A stretch of DNA of 49,842 nt from assembly GCA_016788605.1 (NCBI GenBank), contig JAEUSO010000001.1, positions 1 to 49,842 on the forward strand, read 5' to 3'. The translations under genes and the position numbers were made by a program. Every line of letters starts with the position of its first letter. The stretch's first letter is position 1. This DNA comes from Candidatus Kapaibacterium sp. (lineage in GTDB: Bacteria; Bacteroidota; Ignavibacteria; Kapaibacteriales; NICIL-2). Shown here one piece after another: positions 15,789-25,130 of this stretch. The notes below the pieces were generated by a model. That model did no database searches, had not been told where the DNA came from, and worked only from the letters and a program-made list of their open reading frames with translations.

Positions 15789-17417
15789 TTAGGTGCAATC
15801 CGGGCGCACACGTACCGTTTCCTTGCAATTCCAACGCTTGCGGAGAACTGTAACCGGTACGTCCGCATCAGTTTGTTTAGCAGGGCGGAGATACCAGTTA
15901 TCGTATGTTTTTTCGGTGTTACAGCAGCACTTCTTTTTGCCGGTGGAGGTACGGCAAGGCAATACCACCACTTTCACGCACGAGAGCGCACAACGCGCCC
16001 CGTAGCCGCCTTCTGCGCTCTGTGTAGTGCTGTTCCATGTGTAGCCAAAAAGGTCATCGAGGTACAGGGCAAAGAAGTACGTGCCGGGTTCGAGCGTTGT
16101 TGTGATAATTGCATTCACTGCGAGCTGTTCCACGGGAAGTGATGCGCCCAAGAGGTGATTGCAATTATTCGTGCTGTCTATGCGCTGTTCTTGGTCTAAG
16201 AACGTGCGTGTTTCAGCCAATGCCTGTTTAGAATACTGAAACCGGAATGTCATGTCGCGCCCGTTGCCGGTAACGCCCATGAAGCGGTTGTAGCCCAACG
16301 CAGAATGCTTATCATATTCACCGAGCCAATCGTAGCCCGTTTCAGTATTGATCCTGTTCAACTTGTCGTAGTTCCCGCTGTTCCGGTCTTGCTCGAAAAC
16401 GTCTGCAAAATTCACCGGTACATGATACATGTTCAATCCCGTAGGTTGCTCGAATGCAAGCGGCAACACCGAGGGATTGTTTTTCAGGAACATATTCCCC
16501 ATGGCTGTACGCAGCTCATCCATCGGGCAAAGGGATTCATTCGTTCGTGCAGGGCGCACGTACCGGAGGGATACGTTTGCGTTCTGACTGATGCGAATGC
16601 CGATACCATTGCCAAGTTCCCATGTGTCGAGGAATGGAACGTACAAGTTCACGTGCGTGGCTTTGCAACGCTCGATAACGATTGTCTGCTCCTTGGCGCG
16701 GCGCACCGGAAGCGTACCGCACATTTCGCGCTGTTCGTGGTTCTGCAACACATATTCATTCACCAAATCAACGAGCGTCCGGCGGCGGCGGGTGCCATTC
16801 AAAACTTCGTACCACCACGCCACATCCCAACGGCGAGGAAAGCAGTATTGAGCTATGCGAGACCAGTAGCGTTTGTTGTTCACACCACAGGCGGGCTGTC
16901 CTTGTAGCGAATCAGTCCATGAATCATACCGTTCTTGACACGTTACGTTGTCCTGCGGGCATGGAAATGGGTTATCCCAGTCGTAGATTGGGGGCGACCA
17001 TGTTTCTTGCTCCTGATATTGTTCTGTGTCATCGGCGGTGATTTCCACCGATGTGCCGGATGCGGTTGGCGGAGGTGGAGCGGGTGGTAGTGTCTCTTCC
17101 GTCGTCTCGTCTGTTTTTGTTATCGTGCGTGTGGTAGTGTTGTTGTCTGAACACGTTTTACACGGCGATGAGAGATACCGTGTGATACGTCCGCCGCTCC
17201 GCTCGAATATCTCATACACAGGTCCATCGGCAGTATTGGACTTAAAACGAACGCGCCGGTTGGGGTCGGATGCACTGCCATCATCATTTGTACCCCAACG
17301 GATTGGATTGCGCCCGGTTGCGCCGCCCGCACGGGTGATGAATCGCCCTTTGCTGTCGCAGCCCGTTTGCGAGCCGTTGCGAAGCGCGTCACGTAGTGAT
17401 GATGCGTTGCGAATCAT
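15789..17417 (-). CDS. large late protein with C-terminal cysteine-rich DNWYLRP module
   Basis: 542 aa from the ATG at 17417, 1 nt after the upstream stop. The C terminus, GKKKCCCNTEKTYDNWYLRPAKQTDADVPVTVLRKRWNC, is paralogous to part of 31133..31510. Confidence 0.7.
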   Translation of the reverse strand: MIRNASSLRDALRNGSQTGCDSKGRFITRAGGATGRNPIRWGTNDDGSASDPNRRVRFKSNTADGPVYEIFERSGGRITRYLSSPCKTCSDNNTTTRTITKTDETTEETLPPAPPPPTASGTSVEITADDTEQYQEQETWSPPIYDWDNPFPCPQDNVTCQERYDSWTDSLQGQPACGVNNKRYWSRIAQYCFPRRWDVAWWYEVLNGTRRRRTLVDLVNEYVLQNHEQREMCGTLPVRRAKEQTIVIERCKATHVNLYVPFLDTWELGNGIGIRISQNANVSLRYVRPARTNESLCPMDELRTAMGNMFLKNNPSVLPLAFEQPTGLNMYHVPVNFADVFEQDRNSGNYDKLNRINTETGYDWLGEYDKHSALGYNRFMGVTGNGRDMTFRFQYSKQALAETRTFLDQEQRIDSTNNCNHLLGASLPVEQLAVNAIITTTLEPGTYFFALYLDDLFGYTWNSTTQSAEGGYGARCALSCVKVVVLPCRTSTGKKKCCCNTEKTYDNWYLRPAKQTDADVPVTVLRKRWNCKETVRVRPDCT

Positions 17418-17418
17418 G

Positions 17419-17754
17419 TTAATCGTAGAGTGAGGGTAATACAACGCCGCCAAGTGCCGCCCCGCCCGCAACCCACAGCGGATCAATCGAGCGCGTCATG
17501 CTGAACGACATTACCGTGCCTACCGCCGCACCGAACAGCAATCCTTGCCAGTTGAACGCCATGCCACCGTCGGCAAGCCCGTCATTGAGTGATTGTACAG
17601 GTTCTTCGTTCTTCACACCTCTAAGTTCGTAGCTCATAGCGCGGTACATTCGCCCCGTGCTGTCGGCAATGATATACCCGTCCCCGGATTGCCGCACAAT
17701 TCGGTACGGTTGATTGTTACCGCGATAAACGACCGCTTGATTGATGCTATACAT
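17419..17754 (-). CDS. small protein with C-terminal glycine-zipper TM segment
   Basis: 111 aa. The hydrophobic tail is WQGLLFGAAVGTVMSF...WVAGGAALGGVVLP. Confidence 0.6.
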   Translation of the reverse strand: MYSINQAVVYRGNNQPYRIVRQSGDGYIIADSTGRMYRAMSYELRGVKNEEPVQSLNDGLADGGMAFNWQGLLFGAAVGTVMSFSMTRSIDPLWVAGGAALGGVVLPSLYD

Positions 17755-20700
17755 ACGCTTTTCCTATAATGTATGAGTTAGATTTTTGCTTGATACCAAA
17801 GATTGGGAACGGCGACCCGATAACTCCGTCGCGGTGTTTCAGGAGCGTTGCAACGCCACTGTGAACGTGGACGTTGAAATCAACCATGTTTGCAAGTCGC
17901 GGGAATCCTTCATACTGCCGTCCGTCCTTCGTGGAAATCAAGTTGAAGATAAACGAGACCGCCGGAAAATCTTCCATGAGTGCAAACACATCTTCCTGCT
18001 CGACGTGCCAAAATTGCAGCGAATCAATGATACAGAACATAATGTCGGGATGGTTACGCAGCGTGCTACGCAGTCCGTTGATGGATAGCGAATCATGGAA
18101 GAGAATATCCTTTGTTATCCGCATACGTTTTGCCCGTTCGCCGACACGTCCGTCTTTAACTTTTTCTTCAGTAAGCACTACGAGCGTCTTACCGTTGCGG
18201 GCAAGGTCGTCTGCAATCATCAATATGAGCGATGATTTACCCGAACCCGGAAGCCCCCACGTTATGCCCGTGAATCGTCGTTTGAGTGTACCGAACAGCT
18301 TTGCAGTGCGGAACAGTCGCACAGGCGTTAATTGCACAGCCACAGCGTCGCGCAGCGTGTAGAATTGCTCTGCGGCGCGGTCGTTCAATAGTTCATGCTC
18401 GATGCAGAAGGGTTCAACCGTTTCCGTTCTTGATTCAATACAAATCTCGTCGTTGGTAGGCACGTCGGTTGCCACGTCGGATGCAGCGATGATTGCATCG
18501 TTAGCGATCCTATCACGGAGTCCAAATAATCCCTGTTGGTCGTTACTATTCAGATTGCCTCCGCGTTCGCGCAGTGCAAGTAATTCGCGTTGCACAGCAA
18601 GCACAACATCGGTGTATTTAGCAACTACCTTTTCGCGGAGTTCCGGTGTGTACTTATCAGCGTGTGCGGCTATCTCATCCAGCTTGCGTTCCAACGCTTT
18701 TTTCGCTTCGGCAAGTTCTTTTTCCTTCTCGCGCAGGGCTTCATCATACATCTGTTGTCCTGCATCGCGTCCGGCGTAGTTGTTCAGGTTGAGCGGCGTT
18801 TCAGGTGAGGATTCTATCTGTCCGAACGGAAACCGGTTCAGAATAACTTTTTCGGCAAACGTACTGAACTCATTACTGTTTGTGAATCGCTTGCCTTGTG
18901 TTTTGTAATTCGCCCGCAGGTAGTCGTACATTTCGTTTTGATGCTGCCGCGTCAAATCAGGATATGCCTCTACAACCTCGCCAATCCATCGTGCCATGCT
19001 TTCTACGTCTTTATACTCGTCGCTGGCACGGCTGAACGTGGCTAAGTCGGCAATTACCTTGCTCTCGCTGTCAAGGAGTGATAGCAGAAACACCGTTCGG
19101 CATGATTTATCATACAGAGAACGGCATGTCTCCTCGATTTCCTTTTTCGTCCGCGCCTTGCCACGGAGCAGACGCAGGTACTTTGCATTCTCGGCGTTGC
19201 TTTGAGCGCGGGTGCTTGCGTTGTCGGTATAGGCAATTGCGATTGCCTCTTCTTCGGTGATGTTTTGAAACACGAAAGCCGGGAAATACTCTTCGTTCAG
19301 TATCCGCAATGCTGATTCTCTGTGATGACCGCCAAGCACGTAGTAAAACCCATCAGGAGCAAGCCACAGTTTAAGGGGGTCAAGTTTCTTCCTGTCGAAG
19401 TTGCGAACAATTTCATCAACCTTATCTTTCGAGAAATCAGATCTTGGTTGAAATCGCCGTGCATCAGTCCGCACCAAGTGTGCATAAATCATTTGCACAC
19501 CCGAATCTACTGATTGCGTTGGTGGTACAGGTGGTGGTGATTCCGGTTGTGGTGGTGTCGGTGTTGCTTGCTCCGGTGTCTCTTGGATGGCTGTTCGTTT
19601 GGATTGGTTTGCCTGTTGCTCGCGCAGAAACTTCGTCGAAATATAGGTTGCTTCTTTCGAGCGTAAATTACCTTCGTCATCAATGTATTGCGAGCCGGTG
19701 CGTACCGATGGTTCGGTATTTCCTTGCAATGCAATCAAGTCATCAACATACATCACGAACCATTCGTCTTTATAGTCATAGAGACGCACAACATCTACAA
19801 TTTTATCACCTACTTGTTGGCGTGACAACTGTGCGCCAAAGTATGAGCCGTACTGTCTTTTAATAGATTCTTGAGCTTCTTTATCAATGGTGCTTGACCA
19901 TTGCAGCACTTTAATATACTTCGAGCTGTGTATATCGCCTGTGTAGTCAATATGGTGAGATGCACTTCGAGCGATAACCATTTTCCCGCTACGAATCTCG
20001 CTTTCCAAAACCTTCCGGTTCACAGTAGTACCACTACCGGCATACATGTTTATTTTACGCCCTGCTTCGCGCTCTACGGTTTCTTTCTTATCAATCGAAT
20101 CCACATTCACTATTTCACCAGCCGCCACAACATCATCAACATAGGCATAATACACGCCGTGCGTTGCAATGACAGGGATGTTACGGTACGTTGTCACGAT
20201 TCCACGGCGACCGTAGCTAATAGCAACAGCATTGTAGTATTCCTCTTCAATAGTATTATGTATGCCCTTGTATCGCTGATGCTGCTTTTCCTTGAATGCC
20301 AACCCTAATAACTCATTTCGTCCAACCCAGTAGGGCTGCATTACCCTGTATGTTTCGTCTTCATTCGGAGCAAGGTTGTGCAAAGAACTCAATGGTAATT
20401 CAAGACCTTGTTTGAACTCGCCGGATACTCTTCGTTTGATGTTACGCTGCATGATTATACCAACAACCCTACCGTCCATCCATTCACGTTGCAACACATC
20501 TGCGCGCACTTTTGTATTCATCTTGCTCATGTCAATGCGACGGGATTTTTTACGTTCCTCATCTTGCTTTGCAGAACTCTTGATTTGCTCTACCAGCGAT
20601 ACATCCTTTGTGAGCGGAATACGCTCTGCATGAATAGTAAATCCCCGACCCCACGAGCCGACTGTTTCCATCGTGGGTATTCCCTGCGATAGCAGCTTTG

Positions 20701-21328
20701 CCCTACGTGCATTCTTATTGGCATTGGTGTTACCATTGTATGTTTCGTATCCATCGCTGTACTTACTCTTTTCGACAAGGAGAAAGGTTTTATCTGTTCT
20801 TTTCCATGAGTTGCCCCACGCATCAGTAACAATATCTCCCGTTGTTGCTGTTTCCAACCACTGCACTGTTGTTCCCGTTGCTGATACTGGCTTTACTTCT
20901 TCAACCTCTTCCGGTTCAACAATCTCTTCCGGTTCAACAATCTCTTCCGGTTCTTCTGCCGGAATTGTTACGCTCTCTTCTGAACGCATCGAAAACAAAT
21001 CATCTTGATTGACAACAGCAGGGAGCGCATCGAATGGGCGAGTGCGCTCCTCTGGTGTTGGCGCAGTTGGTGAAGGGGGGGACACCGACCGTTTTTCCGT
21101 TTTTAGTGTAGCCGCACGCAACTTGGTAACTTTATGCCCTGCCTTTATATCATCCCATGATATGCCCGCAAACGTGCCGTCGGCAAACTCAACGTATCCG
21201 CTTGTGGCGGAGACGGCTCGAAGCCAACCGTTTTTTCCTCGTGCATATACGTCCATCCCTACCGTATAGGTAGTACGTCCTATGGTTGCTTTGGTATATC
21301 CGTTCTGATATTTTTTGGGCAGTTGCAT
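17747..21328 (-). CDS. 1193-aa multidomain protein: ParB/Srx-like domain plus C-terminal RecA/DnaB-like P-loop ATPase
   Basis: ParB-type motif: FQPRSDF...DPLKLWLAPDGFYYVLGGHHRESAL (GGHHR at 19319..19333). ATPase motifs: Walker A GLPGSGKS (18233..18256), Walker B-like FCIIDSLQ, and LKHRDG near the C terminus. An acidic EEPEEIVEPEEIVEPEE repeat lies near the N terminus. Confidence 0.75.
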   Translation of the reverse strand: MQLPKKYQNGYTKATIGRTTYTVGMDVYARGKNGWLRAVSATSGYVEFADGTFAGISWDDIKAGHKVTKLRAATLKTEKRSVSPPSPTAPTPEERTRPFDALPAVVNQDDLFSMRSEESVTIPAEEPEEIVEPEEIVEPEEVEEVKPVSATGTTVQWLETATTGDIVTDAWGNSWKRTDKTFLLVEKSKYSDGYETYNGNTNANKNARRAKLLSQGIPTMETVGSWGRGFTIHAERIPLTKDVSLVEQIKSSAKQDEERKKSRRIDMSKMNTKVRADVLQREWMDGRVVGIIMQRNIKRRVSGEFKQGLELPLSSLHNLAPNEDETYRVMQPYWVGRNELLGLAFKEKQHQRYKGIHNTIEEEYYNAVAISYGRRGIVTTYRNIPVIATHGVYYAYVDDVVAAGEIVNVDSIDKKETVEREAGRKINMYAGSGTTVNRKVLESEIRSGKMVIARSASHHIDYTGDIHSSKYIKVLQWSSTIDKEAQESIKRQYGSYFGAQLSRQQVGDKIVDVVRLYDYKDEWFVMYVDDLIALQGNTEPSVRTGSQYIDDEGNLRSKEATYISTKFLREQQANQSKRTAIQETPEQATPTPPQPESPPPVPPTQSVDSGVQMIYAHLVRTDARRFQPRSDFSKDKVDEIVRNFDRKKLDPLKLWLAPDGFYYVLGGHHRESALRILNEEYFPAFVFQNITEEEAIAIAYTDNASTRAQSNAENAKYLRLLRGKARTKKEIEETCRSLYDKSCRTVFLLSLLDSESKVIADLATFSRASDEYKDVESMARWIGEVVEAYPDLTRQHQNEMYDYLRANYKTQGKRFTNSNEFSTFAEKVILNRFPFGQIESSPETPLNLNNYAGRDAGQQMYDEALREKEKELAEAKKALERKLDEIAAHADKYTPELREKVVAKYTDVVLAVQRELLALRERGGNLNSNDQQGLFGLRDRIANDAIIAASDVATDVPTNDEICIESRTETVEPFCIEHELLNDRAAEQFYTLRDAVAVQLTPVRLFRTAKLFGTLKRRFTGITWGLPGSGKSSLILMIADDLARNGKTLVVLTEEKVKDGRVGERAKRMRITKDILFHDSLSINGLRSTLRNHPDIMFCIIDSLQFWHVEQEDVFALMEDFPAVSFIFNLISTKDGRQYEGFPRLANMVDFNVHVHSGVATLLKHRDGVIGSPFPIFGIKQKSNSYIIGKAYV

Positions 21329-21344
21329 ACAGCAAACAATGTTA

Positions 21345-21662
21345 TTATGACAGCTTCGCCGAAAACTTTTTAATACGTGGCTTGGTCTTGCAATTCAGCT
21401 TGGCTTCATCACTTACTGACTTTGCTTTCTCGCGGTATTGCTGACCTAATTTAGTAGCACGTGCGGTAGCTCTTGTAAGTTCTGATTTAAGTTTATTCAG
21501 AGACTTCACTGCCAACTTTTGCTTTTTGGAACAAAGATTTGGATTGTTTTTTTCTTTCTCTGCACGTGCTTTTGCCCTCTCAACAGTTGCCTCATATTTT
21601 TTCTTCAACGATTCGGCAGATGCATACAGTTGCTTTGCCGATTTAGGTTTGTTCGATGCCAT
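21345..21662 (-). CDS. lysine-rich helical protein (possible DNA-binding)
   Basis: 105 aa, strongly basic (KAKARAEKEKN..., KTKPRIKKFSAKLS). Confidence 0.55.
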   Translation of the reverse strand: MASNKPKSAKQLYASAESLKKKYEATVERAKARAEKEKNNPNLCSKKQKLAVKSLNKLKSELTRATARATKLGQQYREKAKSVSDEAKLNCKTKPRIKKFSAKLS

Positions 21663-21711
21663 GATTCTACTCCAATAAAATGTTAATGATGTGCTATCTC
21701 TCTGTTTTGTA

Positions 21712-21939
21712 TTACCATTTGCCTGCGTCGCAATGCTCTACATGTTTCGTGATACTGTGTTCGCCTGTGAATTTGGTTTTCTCACTCACCGGACATCCGC
21801 AGAGTGAACACGTATCATTGATGTTGTTTGTACACGTTGAGCATATTGACATTCTTTTGCGTGATAATGCCGTTTCGGGCAGAAGTTGCGCTGTGACATA
21901 CTTCACCGCTCCAGTTGCATTATGACGGATTTCCTTCAT
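21712..21939 (-). CDS. small cysteine-rich (zinc-ribbon-like) protein
   Basis: CSTC..x9..CSLCGC ... HVEHC. Start at the ATG at 21939, 1 nt after the upstream stop. Confidence 0.5.
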   Translation of the reverse strand: MKEIRHNATGAVKYVTAQLLPETALSRKRMSICSTCTNNINDTCSLCGCPVSEKTKFTGEHSITKHVEHCDAGKW

Positions 21940-21940
21940 G

Positions 21941-22444
21941 TTAAGAATCATTGTAGTAACTCCTAATTTTGGTTTTTAATCGTGGATAGAGATACGCTAT
22001 TGCCAGTGCTATCACCACTGCCACTAATGATGTTGTTACGATACGCACAACATTGTTTTCAACCCTCTGCATGAACGACGGGCGTTCTGCGGGCGGTATC
22101 AGTTGTACGATATGCGTTGTGTCGCGGTAGATAATCCGAACCGTGTCCGGCTGCACATGCACATAGAACCGTTTTTCCTGCGGATAGTATTGAATACTCA
22201 TCACCGTATCGCGCCCGCGAAGCCGCAGTGCTGCAATCATGGAATCAGTGATGGTATGGGGAATCAAGTTGCTGTCTATCACTACGGGCGGAACTACCGT
22301 GATAATGCTGTCTTTCACTACCAATTTTTCACGTTGTATCACCGTGCCGCCACAACCTGCGCTCCACGCACCAAGGAGCAACACAAAAAGCGTTAGAATA
22401 ACCGTAGCCATCCAGTACAGTAAGAGTTTAGCGAAACGCTGCAT
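21941..22444 (-). CDS. candidate unimolecular spanin (lipoprotein signal plus C-terminal TM)
   Basis: The ATG at 22444 is preceded by AGGAGG. N-terminal sequence is MQRFAKLLLYWMATVILTLFVLLLGAWSAGC (lipobox-like). The middle is beta-rich. The C-terminal TM is VTTSLVAVVIALAIAYLY. Confidence 0.5.
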   Translation of the reverse strand: MQRFAKLLLYWMATVILTLFVLLLGAWSAGCGGTVIQREKLVVKDSIITVVPPVVIDSNLIPHTITDSMIAALRLRGRDTVMSIQYYPQEKRFYVHVQPDTVRIIYRDTTHIVQLIPPAERPSFMQRVENNVVRIVTTSLVAVVIALAIAYLYPRLKTKIRSYYNDS

Positions 22445-23036
22445 ACAGACCTCCTGCAAGCACAAATGCACCTGCGATAATCAAACCTGTATTTGTTTCA
22501 TCCGAAGCGGGAGGCACCGGTATAGGTGTATCCTCAACGTGAATGTACTGTGTGTTCAGTTGGCGCATCCGGGCATAGCTGCGGTTTGTTTTTGTACCAA
22601 GCAGAACAACAGATTCGTTAGAGCAGCCGTAGCACTTGATATGATCCGAAACATTGCCCTCGACGGTGTAAATTCCTGTTGTGTCGCCACCGATGACGAT
22701 ACCGGCGTGGTTTGGCACTTGCGGGTTATTGACATACACGAATATCGAACCAACGGCGGGCGTTGAATCAACACGGATGCCACGGCGTTTTGCCTCGTCT
22801 AATATCCCGACGGTCGAGAGCGTGAACGGCAATGGCACACTGACATTTGCAAGGCGCGAGGCATGACGAAGCACAGCCGATACCAACCCGACGCACCACG
22901 GCTTGCCCGTGACGTTTGTATAGTCCTCATCAAAGAGATACTGATAACACGCAGTGTTGTTCTCGGTGCAGTTGCGTTTGCGCCATTCGCGGGCATATTC
23001 TAATGCCACTTGCTTTATGTAGTCGCCGTAGTTCAT
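22428..23036 (-). CDS. CHAP/NlpC-P60-type peptidoglycan hydrolase with C-terminal TM anchor
   Basis: GKPWCVGLVSAVL (catalytic Cys context) and NHAGIVIGGDTTGIYTVEGN (His context). The hydrophobic tail is GLIIAGAFVLAGGLYAAF. Confidence 0.7.
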   Translation of the reverse strand: MNYGDYIKQVALEYAREWRKRNCTENNTACYQYLFDEDYTNVTGKPWCVGLVSAVLRHASRLANVSVPLPFTLSTVGILDEAKRRGIRVDSTPAVGSIFVYVNNPQVPNHAGIVIGGDTTGIYTVEGNVSDHIKCYGCSNESVVLLGTKTNRSYARMRQLNTQYIHVEDTPIPVPPASDETNTGLIIAGAFVLAGGLYAAFR

Positions 23037-23037
23037 G

Positions 23038-23457
23038 TTACCAATTTGTTAGTATTTCAACCACAAGTTCCCCTGTGCGCTGTTCATCGGAACAGGGTAT
23101 GAATGCACAGTCGTATTCGCGCATCAAATCCTCGATGTAGTTCGCGCACATGGTTTCGTCCCGTGTTGCTTGCTCCGTGCCATGCCGCTGGCTTGATACC
23201 ACGTGCATCCAAAAGTAGATGCGCGATTCTATGCCGGATGATTCTTCCATCAGTAGTGGCTGTATTGTGCAATCATACTGTTCAAGTGCCTCGGTGATGA
23301 TTGTTTTTACGGCGTTTGCATCATTCTCGCGGCGTTCGTTCATGCCGTCGTTTTTGGCATACGCCGAAGCAATCGGCAGACACTTTGCAAGATGCTCCAA
23401 CTCTGCGCCTTGAATTGCCTTGCGCCGCAGGGTTTGTGTGTCAGTGCTATTCATCAT
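23038..23457 (-). CDS. hypothetical protein
   Basis: 139 aa, soluble, coupled within the operon. Confidence 0.55.
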   Translation of the reverse strand: MMNSTDTQTLRRKAIQGAELEHLAKCLPIASAYAKNDGMNERRENDANAVKTIITEALEQYDCTIQPLLMEESSGIESRIYFWMHVVSSQRHGTEQATRDETMCANYIEDLMREYDCAFIPCSDEQRTGELVVEILTNW

Positions 23458-23734
23458 CAGTTCCTTTTTCGTTGATAGAATTTTCTTTTTGCCGGTGTTC
23501 CATGATGTTCCATTTCCGCAGTGTGAAGAGTACCGATATCACACCTGTGATGATAGCAACAACATGGGCAATGTTTGCGATACTATGCTCGTTAATAGTT
23601 GTCGTATCAGCCACAACCATTACAAACAGACGTGCGGTGCTTGCTTCGCTAAAAAATGAGAATACGATAGATATGGATGTCAGTATCCATGAACCACGGG
23701 TTGATATGCTTGATATGTTACTGTGTTCCGTCAT
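23447..23734 (-). CDS. small multi-TM protein (holin-like)
   Basis: 95 aa with two or three hydrophobic helices and a charged C-terminal tail. Confidence 0.5.
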   Translation of the reverse strand: MTEHSNISSISTRGSWILTSISIVFSFFSEASTARLFVMVVADTTTINEHSIANIAHVVAIITGVISVLFTLRKWNIMEHRQKENSINEKGTDDE

Positions 23735-24063
23735 TATTCTTTGGGTATTTCTGTTTTCACAAGTGCGCGGGTTGCATTCAGTGCGTCAATCTGTGTGCGG
23801 TCGCCGTCAAGGATCAATTGTTTTATTGCTTCATTCACAGCCGCATCCGTGCAGCCAAGTTCGTTGTAGCGGCGGCGGCGGCGTTGCTGATAGGTTTCGG
23901 GCGGCGGAACAAGCGACGCTTCGATATGTGCGATAGCTTGCGCCTTTGTGCCAACCTCGCGCCCACAGTAGTAGCGGTTGCCGCTCTCATCCTCGAAGCA
24001 CCATACTCCGTCGAAAGCGTTACCGTTCTCATCTTTCGATTTCCATGTTAGGTTGAGTGGCAT
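23734..24063 (-). CDS. hypothetical protein
   Basis: 109 aa with an RRRRR patch, coupled to the fibre gene. Confidence 0.55.
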   Translation of the reverse strand: MPLNLTWKSKDENGNAFDGVWCFEDESGNRYYCGREVGTKAQAIAHIEASLVPPPETYQQRRRRRYNELGCTDAAVNEAIKQLILDGDRTQIDALNATRALVKTEIPKE

Positions 24064-25130
24064 TAGTAAAAAATCCTTTCTATCATTAGCATACTTCCCG
24101 ACATTATCGTAATAGAATGACCACTGTTTGTAGGCGCAAATTTTAGTTCAAACGTATCCATACCTGATGAGTAGAGATAACCTGATATTAAAAGTGTATG
24201 AAACACGTTGCTTGCACTAAAATCATTGTCATATTCAATCCCATAGGTCGAGTTAAGGTTAATTCCTGTTGAATTTATTCTGCATCCTTTGTGAACACCA
24301 TAGTCATCAGAACCTGTGCATGTTGCCAGTATCCTATATGGCGATGGTGTACCACTACACGACAATTGAAAGTTGAAGGGAATCTGTGTTGGATTTGCGA
24401 TTTTAATAAACACTATTGCGAATACGTGGAGGTTCATTAGTGTACCGTCTGATGTAGGAACTACGCTCATGCCAATAGTAGCCGGCGTTGATGTTCCTGT
24501 TATAGATGGCTCACTTGTAACTACTCGTTTTCTACAATTATCTTGTGATAACAGTGCAAATCCCCATGGAGACAATCCCGCGTAGCCATTTCCATTATTC
24601 TTCTGTGATGTGTCTTGTTTGCCGGAGAGTGCGGTAACTAACCCGCTTATATCTGATTGACTATGAGAGTGTGATGCTGCCGCCACGCCTGACAGTTTCG
24701 AGAAGGCGATTGCTGCCGATGCTGATATGTCTGCATTAACGATTGTGCCGTCAGAGATTTTAGCGGATGTGATTGCACCGTCGGCAATGTCACCGGTTGC
24801 GATAGTAGCGTCGGCGATTTTAGCGGATGTGATTGCACCATCGGCAATATCACCGGTTGCGATAGTAGCGTCGGCGATTTTAGCGGATGTGATTGCACCA
24901 TCGGCAACCTTAGCCGTCGTAACAGAACCATCGGCAACACCGGAGCTTCCGGGGCGTTGCGCCGCTTCAAGGAGACCATCCGCACCCAATGTAGCCACAC
25001 CGTTAGCCACTGCCGGAGCAAGGTTTGCAACATTGCCTAACCCAACATCAGATTTTTCAATAGTGACGGCAGTTCCAGATTTCCCATTAACTGCTACAAT
25101 ACCCCCCGGTACAGCGATAAACGGTATCAT
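24063..25130 (-). CDS. tail-fibre-like receptor-binding protein
   Basis: GLGNVAN at the N terminus. Repeats DGAITSAKIADATIATGDIA, then ASHSHSQSDISGLVTAL. These are motifs typical of phage fibre proteins. The C-terminal domain is beta-rich. Confidence 0.75.
   Translation of the reverse strand: MIPFIAVPGGIVAVNGKSGTAVTIEKSDVGLGNVANLAPAVANGVATLGADGLLEAAQRPGSSGVADGSVTTAKVADGAITSAKIADATIATGDIADGAITSAKIADATIATGDIADGAITSAKISDGTIVNADISASAAIAFSKLSGVAAASHSHSQSDISGLVTALSGKQDTSQKNNGNGYAGLSPWGFALLSQDNCRKRVVTSEPSITGTSTPATIGMSVVPTSDGTLMNLHVFAIVFIKIANPTQIPFNFQLSCSGTPSPYRILATCTGSDDYGVHKGCRINSTGINLNSTYGIEYDNDFSASNVFHTLLISGYLYSSGMDTFELKFAPTNSGHSITIMSGSMLMIERIFY
24741..24907. repeat. 60-bp tandem repeats inside the fibre gene
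   Basis: Units 24771..24830 and 24831..24890 differ at 2 positions. Partial copies flank them on both sides. Confidence 0.85.

Noticed and set aside
17747-21328. The ParB-like plus ATPase fusion was considered as a disguised large terminase.
   Set aside because: The ATPase motifs (IIDSLQ, KHRDG) look RecA/DnaB-like, and the nuclease-type domain is ParB-like rather than RNase-H-like. The domain order is also reversed relative to TerL. This is left as an open question, not a call.
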